DNA of 64,000 bases from Sphaerodactylus townsendi (GCF_021028975.2 NC_059437.1:54746001-54810000), one strand, 5' to 3'; positions 1 through 13,074 are shown, numbered from the stretch's first letter. Program-made: numbers and translations. Notes: a model not told the origin generated them from the sequence alone.

Positions 1-87
1 TTCGGAAGTCATCCACAAACTCTTCCGGTGCTTCTGACGTAGGTGCGCTTGATACCTTCTCGCTGGCTGATGCCTTTTCTGAAGGAG
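1..87 (-). CDS. CLIP1: CLIP1 second coding exon (truncated by window edge)
   Basis: Acceptor CCCAG at 88-92; encodes (A)PSEKASASEKVSSAPTSEAPEEFVDDFR, leading into CAP-Gly 1. Confidence 0.93.
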
Positions 88-1146
88 CTGGGATCAAATG
101 CAGACAAGTGTGTGTTAATTTTGCAGCAGGACAGGTTACAGAAAACATAAAAAAAGAAACATACTATTTTTAAAAAAGTTTTAATGCAGTCAGATCCTTG
201 GAAACCTGTAGAAAGGCAGGATATAAATATGTAAAATAAGAACTAGATTATGCTCACAGGGACATGTGAAGTCACATGTCCCCGGGTGCATGCCAGCTGG
301 TTTCATGGGGAGGGCAGAGAATCGCCCCCCATGCCCCTCCCTTTGGTCCTGGCCGGCCAGGCTGCTCCTTCGGCCAGCTCCACCAAAGTGACCCAAGGCC
401 ACCGGCTAAGGTAATTGGGGCGGGGGGGGGGGTGAGCGCAGGGGGAGTGCGGGGTGTGTGTGTGCCCAGAGCAGGTGCTGCCCCGGGCGCCATTTCCCCC
501 TCCCCACCTCTGATTATGGTGCAATGCAAAAGAGGCCAAGTTCCCCTGCTTTCCCCTCCTTCCCACTATCCACCCACCTAGGGGAATTTATCCTGCCTTC
601 ATGGTAGTGTGTGTTGGATATAACATGTAGAACAGGGGTCTGCAACCTGTGGCTCTCCAGATGTTCATGGACTACAATTTCCATCAGCCCCTGCCAGCAT
701 AGCCATGCTGGCAGGGCCTGATGGGAATTGTAGTCTATGAACATCTGGAGAGCCACAGGTTGCAGACCCCAGATGTAGAAAGAATCAGCATTCTTAACAA
801 ATCAACACATACTGGACTTTTAATTGGCTGATTACTGTGCCACCTACCCCCCACCCCAGGATCTGTTAGCGAAGAGAAAAGGTTTTGACACTCCAGATAC
901 CACTCTCATTCTTTCTGCTTTTATTAAAAAGCATCTTTAGATTCTCTCCCCACCTGAAGTGCCTATCAGAAATTATGCCTCCATTAGAAATGTCTGCAGC
1001 ACTGGGAGGATACACAGAGCCTTTTATCTTAAGAAGTTAAACTCTTCCTTACCAGCAGCGACAGATGCCGCTGACTTCAGAATTGCAATTCCAGGCTTGC
1101 TGATCTTGGTGGGAGCCTTAAGCCCACTTGGTTTTAACGTACTCAT
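1..1146 (-). CDS. CLIP1: CLIP1 / CLIP-170 (CAP-Gly domain linker protein 1), N-terminal part; the gene continues beyond the left window edge
   Basis: Exons 1053-1146 and 1-87 splice in phase 1 (GT-AG) to MSTLKPSGLKAPTKISKPGIAILKSAASVAA|APSEKASASEKVSSAPTSEAPEEFVDDFR. This matches the recalled human N-terminus (MSMLKPSGLKAPTKILKPG...EEFVDDFR), and the synteny with ZCCHC8 fits. Confidence 0.95.
633..772. mobile_element. Palindromic hAT-type MITE
   Basis: Near-perfect 140-bp inverted repeat starting CAGGGGTCTGCAACCT; perfect 8-bp TSD ATGTAGAA (625-632, 773-780). Confidence 0.9.
1053..1146 (-). CDS. CLIP1: CLIP1 first coding exon (whole exon probably 1053-1252 including 5'UTR)
   Basis: ATG at 1146-1144; donor G|GTAAG at 1052; acceptor TATAG at 1253-1257 preceded by a pyrimidine tract. 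Confidence 0.93.
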
Positions 1147-4100
1147 CTTTTTCTTTCGCTGTCGGTGCTTTATCCCTTCTGACTGCAGTAACTATCTCTT
1201 CCCGCACATGGATGCAGTGTGGTCTTCTATGCTGCTTGCCTTTGGGTTAAACCTATACACATATAGGTTTGACATACATATGAGGGGAGGAGAGAGAGAA
1301 AAAGACAAATAAGGTTTTCTAGTTAAAAGGTTTGCAAAGAAACTTCTATGCATAAACCCAAAGCAACAACAAAGGAATATTTTCAGGGTGAAGCTGTTAA
1401 TTCCCCTATGCTGGAAGCCACGTGGGAATTAAAAATATCTCAACTTCTGGAAACTTAAAATGTCTGGACTATCCAGTACTTTAAAAACAGGCTGTTGTTT
1501 CTGTATCGAGTTTTCAGAGAAAGACTATTTTGAGAACAGAAATCAAAGGCTTATACGGCTTTACCAACATCTCCACGGCGGGAAAAAATAAACTATTTGA
1601 GGCATTTAGGCAATTCTAGGTATTTGTGAAGTGATGCAACACTGTGGAGCAATACAAACAATTTCGCAAGGGAACAACCTTTAAAAAACAAAAAAGACCA
1701 CATAGGATGCCTGAAGAATCAGAAATTTGATCTTAACACACTTAACTCAATGGCTCAGCAGAGCCTTATGACACCCATCTTTGCAGCGCTAGAATTCCTA
1801 GCTGAAGTTTGTGAGACGTGTTAGCCCACTACGCAGTCCCCCTAGAGTGCCCCAGTCCCATTCCTTTGCAGCCAGAGTGAGCAAAGAGTCCTTCCTCCTC
1901 AGTTACTGGGAAAAGAGCATAGCTTTCATTTAGAGAACTCATACGGGCTTTTCAAATGAAGCCACGGGACAAGGCTGTTTTCCCAAAGCAATTTTAATTA
2001 AGCATTTGTCACTTAGGGATCAGAGTTCCTTTCCTTGAATGGCTACAAGAAAGAAATGGGCTGTTTTTATTGGAACATGCTGGTCTGTGTCTAATGTACC
2101 TCTGGCTGTTTACAAAGAAATGACTTAAATCAAAATATACTTTAAACACCCAGCACCTGAGTTTCAACAGGCTGGGTAAGTAAAATGATTAAGTTAATGC
2201 AAGCAAAACAGCAACCCAGCTTGCTCAACTGTTTCTCAGAACTGGATATACAGGTTATGGAAAGAAGATCTTGGCTGTCTGTCCGCACAGCATGCTGGCA
2301 CCAGCACAAGCTTGTGCCCACGCAGCATTTAGATCATCCACTTGACTGCCAGCAGCACCCAGGCCTGGCACAGAAGCTGAAGAGTTACAGGAGGACAGAA
2401 TGCTCCTCTACAAGAACGACGATTAAACAAAGTTGAAGGCAGCTCATGCTGCAAGCTGAAAACTCTTTTGCTGCAGGAAAAGAAACCTGGGCAGCCTCAT
2501 TCTTAGCTTTCCCATTGGGGTGAGGTCTGAGAATTAAGACAAAACGAAGCCTCAGCAGAAACTCGAATAGGCTTGCAACATAGATATGGAGAAAAGCACC
2601 AGGAAGGAAAGGAAGATTCCAAGTTAAGTGGAGCAGGTAATCCAAGGTCTGCTCCCCGTGGAGGCAAGAACTAAACTGAGGAAATGGGGGTGGTTCCACC
2701 CAACAGGAAGATGGGGGGGAGAAGTTTATTTCCTGCCTCCCTGATGGGACAGTGGGAACCACCCATGAGATGTCCTCCAGCCCAGGGGAGAATTGGGCAG
2801 CCTCATATTTAGCTTTTCCATTGGGGTGAGGTCTACGGATTAAGACAAAACAAAGCCTCAGCAGATATTTGAATTTTTAAAAAGAAGCCTGGCTATCAAA
2901 CCCAGCAAGACTTTGTAGACTTCTGTTTTACACATGCCAGGATTCTAAGTGGTTAAATACTTCCATAGCAACTGTTTTCAATATGCATGACTGGCGTTTT
3001 TCAAACAGAAATAAAGAGATATGCTGGACCATCTATCAAATACGTCATGCAGCAAAGGTGAGTAAAAGACTAGGAAAGCTGTGACAAAGGAAAAACTGGC
3101 TAGGGCTCAAAATGCTCAGGAAGTATGGTGGAGGAATGGCCCTTCTCAAGTGGCCACTGGGCGCAGCCACTCAGTGTGGGGCTAAAAGAAGCTTTTCTCC
3201 TTCCTGCACAAACTATTCCCTGGAATTTCACAGGCACTTTAAAGCCACCATTCATTTTAGTCTAATGCCACTGGTGTAAATCCCTTGAGCTGAAACACCC
3301 ACTGAAACCCTTCAGATGATTATTTCAGCAGATTAACCACAAGAGTTGGTTATGGGGGCAGGAAACTGGCCAAAGCATTCTGCTCGCTATAAAATCAGCC
3401 ACAGCCAACAAGGATTGATTAGAAAGTACTCTGAAAGGTATAATTATGCTCTAGTCACAAGGACAATGCAAGCACATGACCAGTTAGCGGTTAAAACCAG
3501 CCAGATTTACTGTACTCAAGACCAACCAAAGAATTTAAGTGACATTAGAGGCACTAACAGATGCAGAGTACAGTCAAAGAAATTACATTTAGAGACCCTC
3601 TTAAATGCTGTTAGAGAGAGAGAGAGAGAAATAGTGGCTCCTTCAATCTGTCTTCAATTCCAAGATCAGTTGCTCTGCAATGCAAAATGCATGAAACAGT
3701 TTTACTTTAAATGCAGAGTTTAAATCAGCTAAATATCATTACCTAAATGATCCAGATAATTCCAAAAGCACAACAGCGACTTTGTTTGACCAGGTCAAAG
3801 GTACATTTATTCTATGTGATGCACAACTGTCAATTCTACATGCAAAGACATCAACAATGAATAATTCCAACTTTATGTTTACTTGTACCGAATTTTTGGA
3901 AATTTAAAGTTTAGGAATATCCTCCATGTACTTTGATCATTGTTGTGAATGTGTCACAGAAACAGAGGGGAATCCAGGTATGATCCTACCCTAAAATTTA
4001 ACTTTTGATACCATATCTCATCTATTTCACCTTCTCGTCTACCTTGTGAGCCATGTACAGATTATCATGCATCAAAAAAAAAATTAACCAATGCTCTAGG

Positions 4101-6086
4101 CTAGAAATGTTTCAAATGAAAATGTTTAAGACATTTATCTGAATTCCAAGTCAAGGCTTTCAACATGAAAGGCAAAACAAGATCAATACACACAAACTTC
4201 CAGCAATAAAATATAGCAGTATAAAATCATCAGTAAAACAAACAGCGCAAGTTTCCTCGAATACACTCAAGAAGCATTAGTTAATCTCTCCCACCACTCA
4301 AAACAGCAAAACGGAAGCTCTACCACCCATCCACAAGACTGTTCTGAAATTGATGATGACACTCTGGCTGACTAACTTCAAATAATCTTCTGGACATCTC
4401 TCAAGTATAAACACTGATCCACCTCTTTTGTCCGTGTGTGTGCGCGTGCAAGTGAATAGGTTTGCTCAGCCTCAGAGTTCTTTTAAACAGAAATCTGAAA
4501 TAACCATCACTTGGACTTGAGCTAGTTGTAAAATTGCTAGTTTTGAGGGGCTTCTGTGGCTGTTGGATCTTTTTGAAGTTCGCTTAGCGGTCAGGCACAC
4601 ATGACTTCATCTTCAAGCTATTTATATCCCAATTTCCCCCAAAGCAGCTTCCAGTGTTGCCCTCCAGCTAGTTCTCACAACAAACCTGTGGGATAGATTT
4701 AGGCTGAAAGAAAGTGAGTGGCCCAAGGTCACCAGTGAGCTTCCAAGGCAGGCTAGGGGAACTGCCCTGCATCTCCCAAATCCTAGGCAAGCACTCCAAT
4801 CCGTACACCACATAAAATGTATGTTATGGGTGAATTCTAAACCACTGCTCATGTGTCTGCAAGAGGAAGAGCTAATCTGGATTTGCCTTAACTTTGGTCA
4901 TACAATGCTCCAGTCCATGGCATAAATAAAACTAGCCTTGGCAGGAAACACCAACTGCGTGCAATAAGGCTCCTGCAGATTCCACCAGGATGCTCAAACC
5001 AGTGATGTCAATTGGCCAAATATGGAAACATTCAAGTAAAATTATACTCCCTTGGTATAGTGTAGAGAGCAGTATTCAAAAGCAGCACTGAAGCTGCAGA
5101 ATATTCTTATGCAAAGGTTGGGCATTAAATCTTACATTTACAAGTGACACTTAAATTAAATCCAGAACCCTCGAGCCCTTCGGGGATGAGGCGGCCTATA
5201 AGTTTAATAAATAATAATAATAATAACAACACAGTACCAGGATACTAAATGAGGTACGTAAGAAAACATTCCAAAGAACAATACATTTAGTTCTGCTTCT
5301 GAGAGGAAAAAAAACAGCAAAATAAGACACTGGGGTGACAACAAACAGGAAAAGCGGTTACTTTCAGGACATCATCATTAGCTGAAAAGTTACGATTACC
5401 AAGCACATCTACCTTAAGACAATGTTTTGCAGTTGCAACATCTTGCCTGTATGTGTAAAAATAGCAAAATAGGAGAGATTACTGAAAAGCTGGCTGCTCT
5501 GGAAGTCACTTACCCAAGCAAGAGACAAGAGGCTTCTGTCTTTTCAACAACTGTTAAGCACAACACTAATGCAGAGGCCGGCATCCAAGGGATCAGACCT
5601 TTGAGTGGCTTGCAGCCTGAAATTCCCTCCGCCTGTGCTCTTTTACTAACAATACTGGAATGCACAGTAGGCCTTGGGAGGGCGTGGACCCCCTCCCCCG
5701 CTTTTGTATTATGACTTCATTAGCTCTGACCTCACAGCCAAGCATTCAGGAATGCCTGCCAGAAGTGAGAATGACTCTTGGAATACCACGGTAAGCCAGC
5801 GAGAGCAGGCATGGGAGTTTTCTCAACTCTTACCCTTCTAAAATACACACACACAAAAAGCACTAGGCCAAACAACACTAGCTTGGTTACCTCTTTATCA
5901 GAAGAACCACCATTAAGCTGATCGTATTAGTTATATGCATACTGTATATTCTGTGTAGCACCAATGCGCACGGTGCTTTACGGAGCAACCCAATCACTCC
6001 CTGCTACAAAAGAGTTTGCCATCTAACTGTAACTATGGGGAAAGACTATATAGAACCCACTGGACCCCTTCTTGGAGCCCACCAAG

Positions 6087-6274
6087 CAGAGGTGAGATCC
6101 AACCGGTTCTCACCACTTCTTTAGAAGTGGTTACTAATTTTTTCTGTAGAGAAGGGGTTACTAAAGCAACCTCCCTGCCCAATAGGGACTGGAGGTATGC
6201 GTGTGCGGCGGCGCCACTGTTTGAATCCCACCACCATTGGAATCTGTTATTAAAATTTTTGGATCCCACCACTA
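6087..6274. mobile_element. Non-autonomous hAT element nested in an older hAT-like remnant (about 6040-6600)
   Basis: Termini CAGAGGTGAGATCC ... GGATCCCACCACTA; perfect 8-bp TSD CCACCAAG. Confidence 0.85.
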
Positions 6275-9200
6275 CCACCAAGTGTTTTAAAAACTGGGTG
6301 GGGCCAGGTGGGTCTTTTGCCCAGGAGGACTTCTGATTTCTCCACTGAAGACCTGATTAGTTATACCGACTAAAACGATGTTGTTTCAGTGGCAGTTGCC
6401 ACCACAGTGTTTATTTTATTCTCTCTCACTTCCATTTCCAAGGGTATTTTAATTACCCCTTTTCTCCCCTGTATATGGGCATCCTCTGGGTGTGTGTGTG
6501 TGGCTCCACCTCTTATGGCAGCCATTTTGGGGTTTTACCCACCATCCTGTGCCAGAGTTCCAAAAGGGACCACAGGCTCAATAGTGTTGGGGACCCCTGC
6601 TATAAAAGGAGAAAAGGGCATCAACAACTGTCATTGTGAAACACATTTAAACACAACTATATGTAGTTAGGTTCAGGTTTACAGCTTGAAAACGAGAACT
6701 GGGATTGAGCCAACACCTTAATTAAAAAAAAACCTGGGTTTTGAAGAAGAGAGGCAGTGAGATATGGGATACCATGCAGGTTGTCCCAAGCATAAGATAT
6801 AGCCAGACAGACTAGGTGAGATTGATGACAGGAGGAGGAAATGTCCAGGTAGAGCAAAAGCTAATGGCAGGCATACATAGAGATGAAGGGTCAAAGATCC
6901 ATGGCCACCATGGGCCACATCAGGAGAGGGAAAACTGTACCAGCCTCCAATTCCCGACCCCTTTAGTTCAAAAAGGATAATACTTCTCCCTTCGAAACCA
7001 CTGAACAAATCTGCCCAAAGATCCCAGGTTGGCACCAGGAAAAACACTCAGTGGGCTGACAATTATGTCAATTAAACAAACATGGAAAGAGCAAAGGACT
7101 CTGATGATCCAGGCAACCTAGGTTAAAATGCCAGTTTACTCAAAGCCCAGAAAGTTTTGGCTTCTGGGCTCTAAAACAGGGGATAAAGACGGATCTGCCT
7201 TCGGATAAAAACTGAGAACTTAAATATGGTATCTACTGGGGAAGCCCAGCTGATGATCTATATATGGCTCTATCCCTCGCCATGGGATGAATGAGATTAA
7301 TGGGTGAAGGTTATCCAAGGGAAGAGAACTATTTTGTTCCTTTCTAATCTTGTACACAGAAAGGAAGAACAATCAGTGCTTCTCCCATAAGATCTGCAAA
7401 CATTTAATAAATCCAAGTGCGCACGTCCTTGCTCCGTTTCCATTTGACTAGGCACAGCTTAGCACTTTGCTGCCAAAGGACGATGACTAATTGACAGCAT
7501 TACAAGCCTGTTCAAGAAAGGAACAAAGTTACTTGTCTTCCCATCCAGTACATGCACACTTCTCATGCCGACTTGCCTCCTTCTCAACAGATGAGCAACT
7601 AGGTTGTCATGCAGCACTACTTCATAGCATTGCATCACCAACATGTTACTTTTGTGCTGAAAAGCATCCCATTTTTTCCCCTAGCAACCTTATGGGGTTA
7701 CATTTGCTTGTGCACAGACAGCTCTTGAAACCCATCTGGAAACAGAACGATAATCCTCCAGTAGACAGGAAGCTCAGATGTTCTAATATTGTGTTTCTTG
7801 GCTTAAGTTGCTCATTCATATTTTAATCCTGTTTTCTGCAGTCAGGGGTTAGGTATCTGCTGTGTCATCTGTCTTCTTCAACAAAGGCATCAGGTCAAGC
7901 CATAGCAACAAGACCCACTTTACCTTTAAGCTTCTACCAAATGCTTCATTCAAACCATTCCATTAAGGGTTAATGGCTCAATAAAGCTGCAATCCTAATT
8001 CGAAAGATCAACTGATGCAAGTACCACATACCAGGCCGTAAATTCACGACAAATCCTACTGGGATACAATCTACCTACAGGGCATTTTCCTTGCAGAAAC
8101 TGTTCATTTCCAGATTACATGGAGGTCAGGTCCCTTTAAGACCGATTTTACCAATCAAGGTCCCTAAAAAGACAGAGATATTCCCCAGCTTCCATTCGTT
8201 TGGTTTCTGCAGCTATAAAGTGAGTACATGATATAAGTATTTCTGGTTCCAGGAACAAACCAGATACAGGGAGGCCAACTGCCTACCTCTTGTAGAGAAT
8301 GCATTAATTGTAATACATGAGCTCCCAAGGAAAGTAGCTGATTTATTTAGCCTAGTATTGTTTTATTCATGGTGGCAGCTCTTCCAAACCCTGGGCAGAG
8401 GTCTCTTCCAGCTTTGCCACTCAAGTTTATTTTAACTATAGGTGCCAAGAAATTAAACGTGAGACTTTCTGCACATGCTCTGCCACTAAACACGAGATCA
8501 AAATAAGCCGGAATTAAGATCAGAATGTGTCATTTTTAAAGCTCCAACTGTCTTCAACATCATGAATTCCATGGCTTTGGCTGCTTTCCAGATGCAAGAA
8601 CCTCTCATCTATTGCTAAGACTACAACTCATTATATAAACCACACCACAAGTTTATAATTTACACATAACACCTGAAACTAATCATATGTGGAACCAAGA
8701 TGACAAAGACAATAATCCTACTTTTATCTACCCAAACATACTCTTGTAAGTGGAGACAATAAATGGAGAATTAAATTGCAACTGTACAGTGCCACAAAAA
8801 TGAATTTTCAGTTTACGGAGTTTCTGTCTGATAAAGAGAGGGTGCACATGTGTAAAGAGAGATTTTTGAGTCAACACAGACACAGCCCACTGTGTTTCCC
8901 TGTACACCTCAGTGTCAAAGGGCATTTGCTCTTTGGCTGAATCAAAGGTAGACACGTATGATTATTTTCAAACGATTAATACCAGGAATCCACACACACT
9001 CTAAATTCCTGTGTAGTGTCATGTATCCTACCACATAATCCAGCAAAATTTGAAGCTGTCCTCCAATTTACGTGGCTTTTCCACTGGATAGCAAACCACT
9101 TAAGCAGAAAGGAGATTCCTTACACTAGAGAAAGCCTTCAATCTTTGCTGAGCAGTCATGTGTGAGTCAGTATTTCAAAACTGACCTCTTCAGCTTATGG

Positions 9201-10360
9201 TGCTTTTCAGCAACGTAGAAAGTTGTAAAACACAACTTCAGTATTGAAAAATAACTTCAGTATGGTAGGAATGGCTGTATCTAAAACAATGCTCCCATTC
9301 TTAAGCACTGCAGACTCCAAATGCAGGGCTGGTCATATGTGGCCACGAGAATTTCTCCTAATGCAAGCCCCATGGAAACAAACAGCACATTCACTGCAAT
9401 GATATCGTTCATCTCTGTTTATTACAAGGACCCAAGCAGGATACGTTCTCAGTTGATGGCCACAGTGTTCTATATCCATACTCTGATCCAGTTCTCATGC
9501 TCCACTTTGGCCTATTCAGTGACTCTGACTCAGAATGTCTAGGGGAGGAGCAAAGGTTGGTGACTGAGGAGCACCAGAGGGACCAGGAAGGGCCCTGCAC
9601 TACAGAGCCACCTGCAGGTTACCCCTTCTCAGCATCCTCCTCAGCACCCTGCTGGAGCTTGTGAAGGAAACCTCGCCACCAGCCCCAAAATAGTCACCAG
9701 GCCTCTGCCGTGCAGAACTCAAACCTGGCCCTGTAGTGCCCCAGGACCCTCTCCAAATCTGCAGGAATGCCTACGCCAAAATGGCACAGAAGAAGTGAAG
9801 CAGCAGGTGGGCTCCATGCAACCTCACAGTACAGCTAGAGTAGTGCTCAGAGGGTGATTCCTTGCAGCATCCTGGCTGGTACACACAGCCAGCTCAGGAA
9901 CTCAGTAATGTGGCTGGGCCAAGTTACCTCCCAGTCAACTTAAGCCATGCCTGGGAAGACAGTCTTGCTGGATCAACCAGCTCACAAGTCCATAATTCTT
10001 GCCTGCTAGATCCAGTGCCAAATCCTGCCTCTTCCTGCACCCCAAGCTCTGCTCAGTGATCATCTGCAGGGTAAGTCCTGGTCCTTAAGGAGGCCAGTGG
10101 GAGCCTGAGGCTGGAACATCAATTAAGGAGATACATGTACACAAGGAACGCCTCTGTGCATATATTGGCTTCCAGATCAGGAACCATATAAATAAATCAT
10201 GATCCAAATCTGTATCTAAGTGTGCATGCTATCTAACCAAACTTAACTGCCTTTAATAAAAAGGGTTCAGATTCTGGCACAACCAACATGTTTACATGCA
10301 TTTGTAAAATGGGAATCCACCTTTTGTGGACATATGTAACACAGTATGTAATAGACTTCC

Positions 10361-10463
10361 CTCTGTGATATACCTCTGAAGATGCCAGCCACAGATGCAG
10401 ATGAAACGTTAGGAACAAGATCCACCAGATCACAGCCACACAGCCCGGAAAACCCACCACAAT
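10361..10463 (+). mobile_element. Penelope-like element fragment with a hammerhead motif (single arm)
   Basis: Same sequence as the arms at 43.4-43.6 kb and 48.8-49.0 kb; CCT-CTGAAGA...GAAACGTT-AGG. Confidence 0.75.
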
Positions 10464-11751
10464 CATTTGTAAACATTCTCTTTTACTTGAATAAGATTCT
10501 CAAGTCATACTTATCACATTTTGGCAGCATCCTTCCTCAGAAGATGGCTTCCTCAGTAATAGAGAATAATATCCTTTGTTTGGGATAAGCAAAACCTCCT
10601 TCTCCAAAATTCTGAGCACTGGCAATTCCTCCCAAACGAGAAAAATGCTAGCTACCAAGGTGACCCCCCCCCCCCGTCCCCTCCCCAAGTCCCAAGCAAC
10701 AACTGGGAGCTCCGTCAACTCTGGTAAAACCAGGAACAAAGGCACTCCCATGCATTTTCCGCTGGAGCACTCAAAGGGGCTGGTATTGCTTTTGCAAAGG
10801 GGAATTCACCCCCAGCCATCCGTGGAGATAATCAAGGTATGCTGGAACTGAAATAACTGTGATTTACTAGGTATGAGTATAGTTAGGGTTTCTTTCCCTT
10901 TGCAGAGTTAGCAGAACATTCCATATTTTCCTCTTCTATCTCTGGATTTTTAAGCAGTCCTTTCGCATCTTCTCCCTTTCGCTTTTCCCAATAAAATCCC
11001 TTCGCAGAACAAGAGTGTTATCCCTTGCTTTTCTTTCAGTATTTTTGCAAAAGTTGCAAACAAAAAATAGACCTATTAAGAAAGTATTTCTATGGTGGAG
11101 GGTCAGAAAGTACCTTTACCACTCCATCTGAAGTGTCTGGGGAGTTATGACACCATGCAAAAGTATTTATGGCACTCGAGAAAGCAAAAGAAAGAGCCCT
11201 GACGAAAGTTACCATTTTAGTTCCTTGTCTATTTACAGTAGCATGTAAATTTATTCCAACGGTCTCCACAGCAACAAGACTATGAAAACAGTTCTAACTT
11301 CAGACAAAACCTAACTGGTTGGGTACTGTTCCTGCTTTAACAGCAAAACAAAATATATATATACCTGGAAGGACATCTTCAGAATCTGGATGATTCAACC
11401 TTTTCTGGATCTATTGGAGACACAGGTTTGACTATTTATAGCAAGGTTCAACTCTGAAATGCATCACAAAGCCTTCTCTTCCCCTGTAGTGCCCTACAAA
11501 CAGTTTTGTGGACAGTAACACCCCATCATGATATGTTGTCCACCCCACCCCCACACCAACAGTCCCTATGTATCAGAAATGGCCACCATTTTCTGGTATG
11601 CTTTGCAGGTAAATTAGTGTTCATGTTTGGCCCCTAATTTTGCCTTTTAGGGGTGCTTTGCTAAAATTTCATTAGGGAGAGCTGCAAGGAATATGATTCT
11701 TCCGCTTTAAGCTTCCTCCCTAGGACTACTGGGGTAAATGTATTTATGGAC

Positions 11752-12100
11752 TAGGACTGCTAACCACCAGGCGTAGCCTCACAATCTTAGGAATTATGAC
11801 CTAACTCCAGACTGCAGATATCAGTTCCACTGGAGAAAATGGCTATAAGGCAGAGATGTCCAACTCTGGTGCTTCAGATGTTCATGGACTACACTTCCCA
11901 TCAGCCCCTGCTGGCATGGCCAATTGGCCATGCCAGCAGGGGCTGATGGGAATTGTAGTCCATGAACATCTGAAGCGCCAGAGTTGGACACCCCTGCTCT
12001 AAGGCATTCTACTCTGTTGAAGTTCCTCCCAAAACCCTACCTTCTCCAGGCTCCACCACCAAATCTCCTGGAATTTCCCAGCCCAGAGTTGGCAACCCTA
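11752..12100. mobile_element. Older TAGGGTTGCC-type non-autonomous DNA transposon interrupted by a younger MITE
   Basis: Termini TAGGACTGC ... GGCAACCCTA; both flanks share TATGGAC. Confidence 0.65.
11851..11996. mobile_element. Palindromic hAT-type MITE (related to 633-772)
   Basis: 146-bp inverted repeat centred on GGCCAATTGGCC; 8-bp TSD CTATAAGG/CTCTAAGG. Confidence 0.9.
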
Positions 12101-12861
12101 ACTATGGACCACCAATGCCTTCTGACTACTCAGGCGCACAAATGTAAATGAACACGGAAGAAACATACGGTTGACAGCCTGACATTTCACAGAGAAAGAA
12201 CATGACTATATGATAAGTAGCCTAACCTTGAAGTTAAAAGTTTGGTTGAAATATGGATAAAAAGTTTGGCCAAAGAATTATTTTTAAAGCTTTTCTGCTC
12301 ATCCAAAGTGAACGACCCATTTCCCAACGCTCCCATGAGCCATCTCCATAGCAGAATGGCAGTTTCAGAAAATTCAACAATTGATGTTGGCTCCAGTTTG
12401 GTTTTTTTTTTAAAAAAACCAAAACTAAATAATGGCATGACTAAACTATTTTGAACCAAATACAGAAATTGATTATGGGCCTGTGAATAGCTAGAGAAGG
12501 CTAACTTTGGGTCTATGAGTAATCTGTGCACTGTATCAAAAGAGTTCCTGGCAAACTGAGAAAGTTCCTACATTTAACTAACAAGGAGGCAAAGAACAGA
12601 TATTTTTAAAAGTCAACAGTTTGCAAAAAGTAATGTATGAACTCTTAACACTTCAATTCAATTTACTTGTGCATATTTATTGCTTATCAGAACAATACAT
12701 ATTGTCTGCAACATCTACAGATGCTATAACATATTTGTTTATTACCCTTGGACATCAGGCTTCCTCCAAAGAGCTAAGCCAGCTGGTATTTAATTCCATA
12801 ATAGATCTTTGATAGCTAAAAGCAAGTAACTTGCCCAAGATCACCTACTGAGCTTCATGAA

Positions 12862-13074
12862 ACATCAGGAAAACATCAGAAAAAACTTTCTGACAGTACG
12901 GGCTGTTCGACAGTGGAATGTACAACCTCAGAGTGTGGTGAAGTCTCCTTCTTTGGAGGTTTTTAAACAGAGGTTCGATGGCCATCTGTCAGGAGTGCTT
13001 TGATTGTATGTTCCTGCATTGCAAGGGGTTGGACTTGATGGCCCTTGGGGTCACTTCCAATTCTGTGATTCTAT
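12862..13074 (+). mobile_element. CR1 LINE 3' end
   Basis: Typical CR1 3' region (GTCTCCTTCTTTGGAGGTTTTTAAACAGAGG...GGGGTTGGAC) ending ATTCTGTGATTCTATG. Confidence 0.8.
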
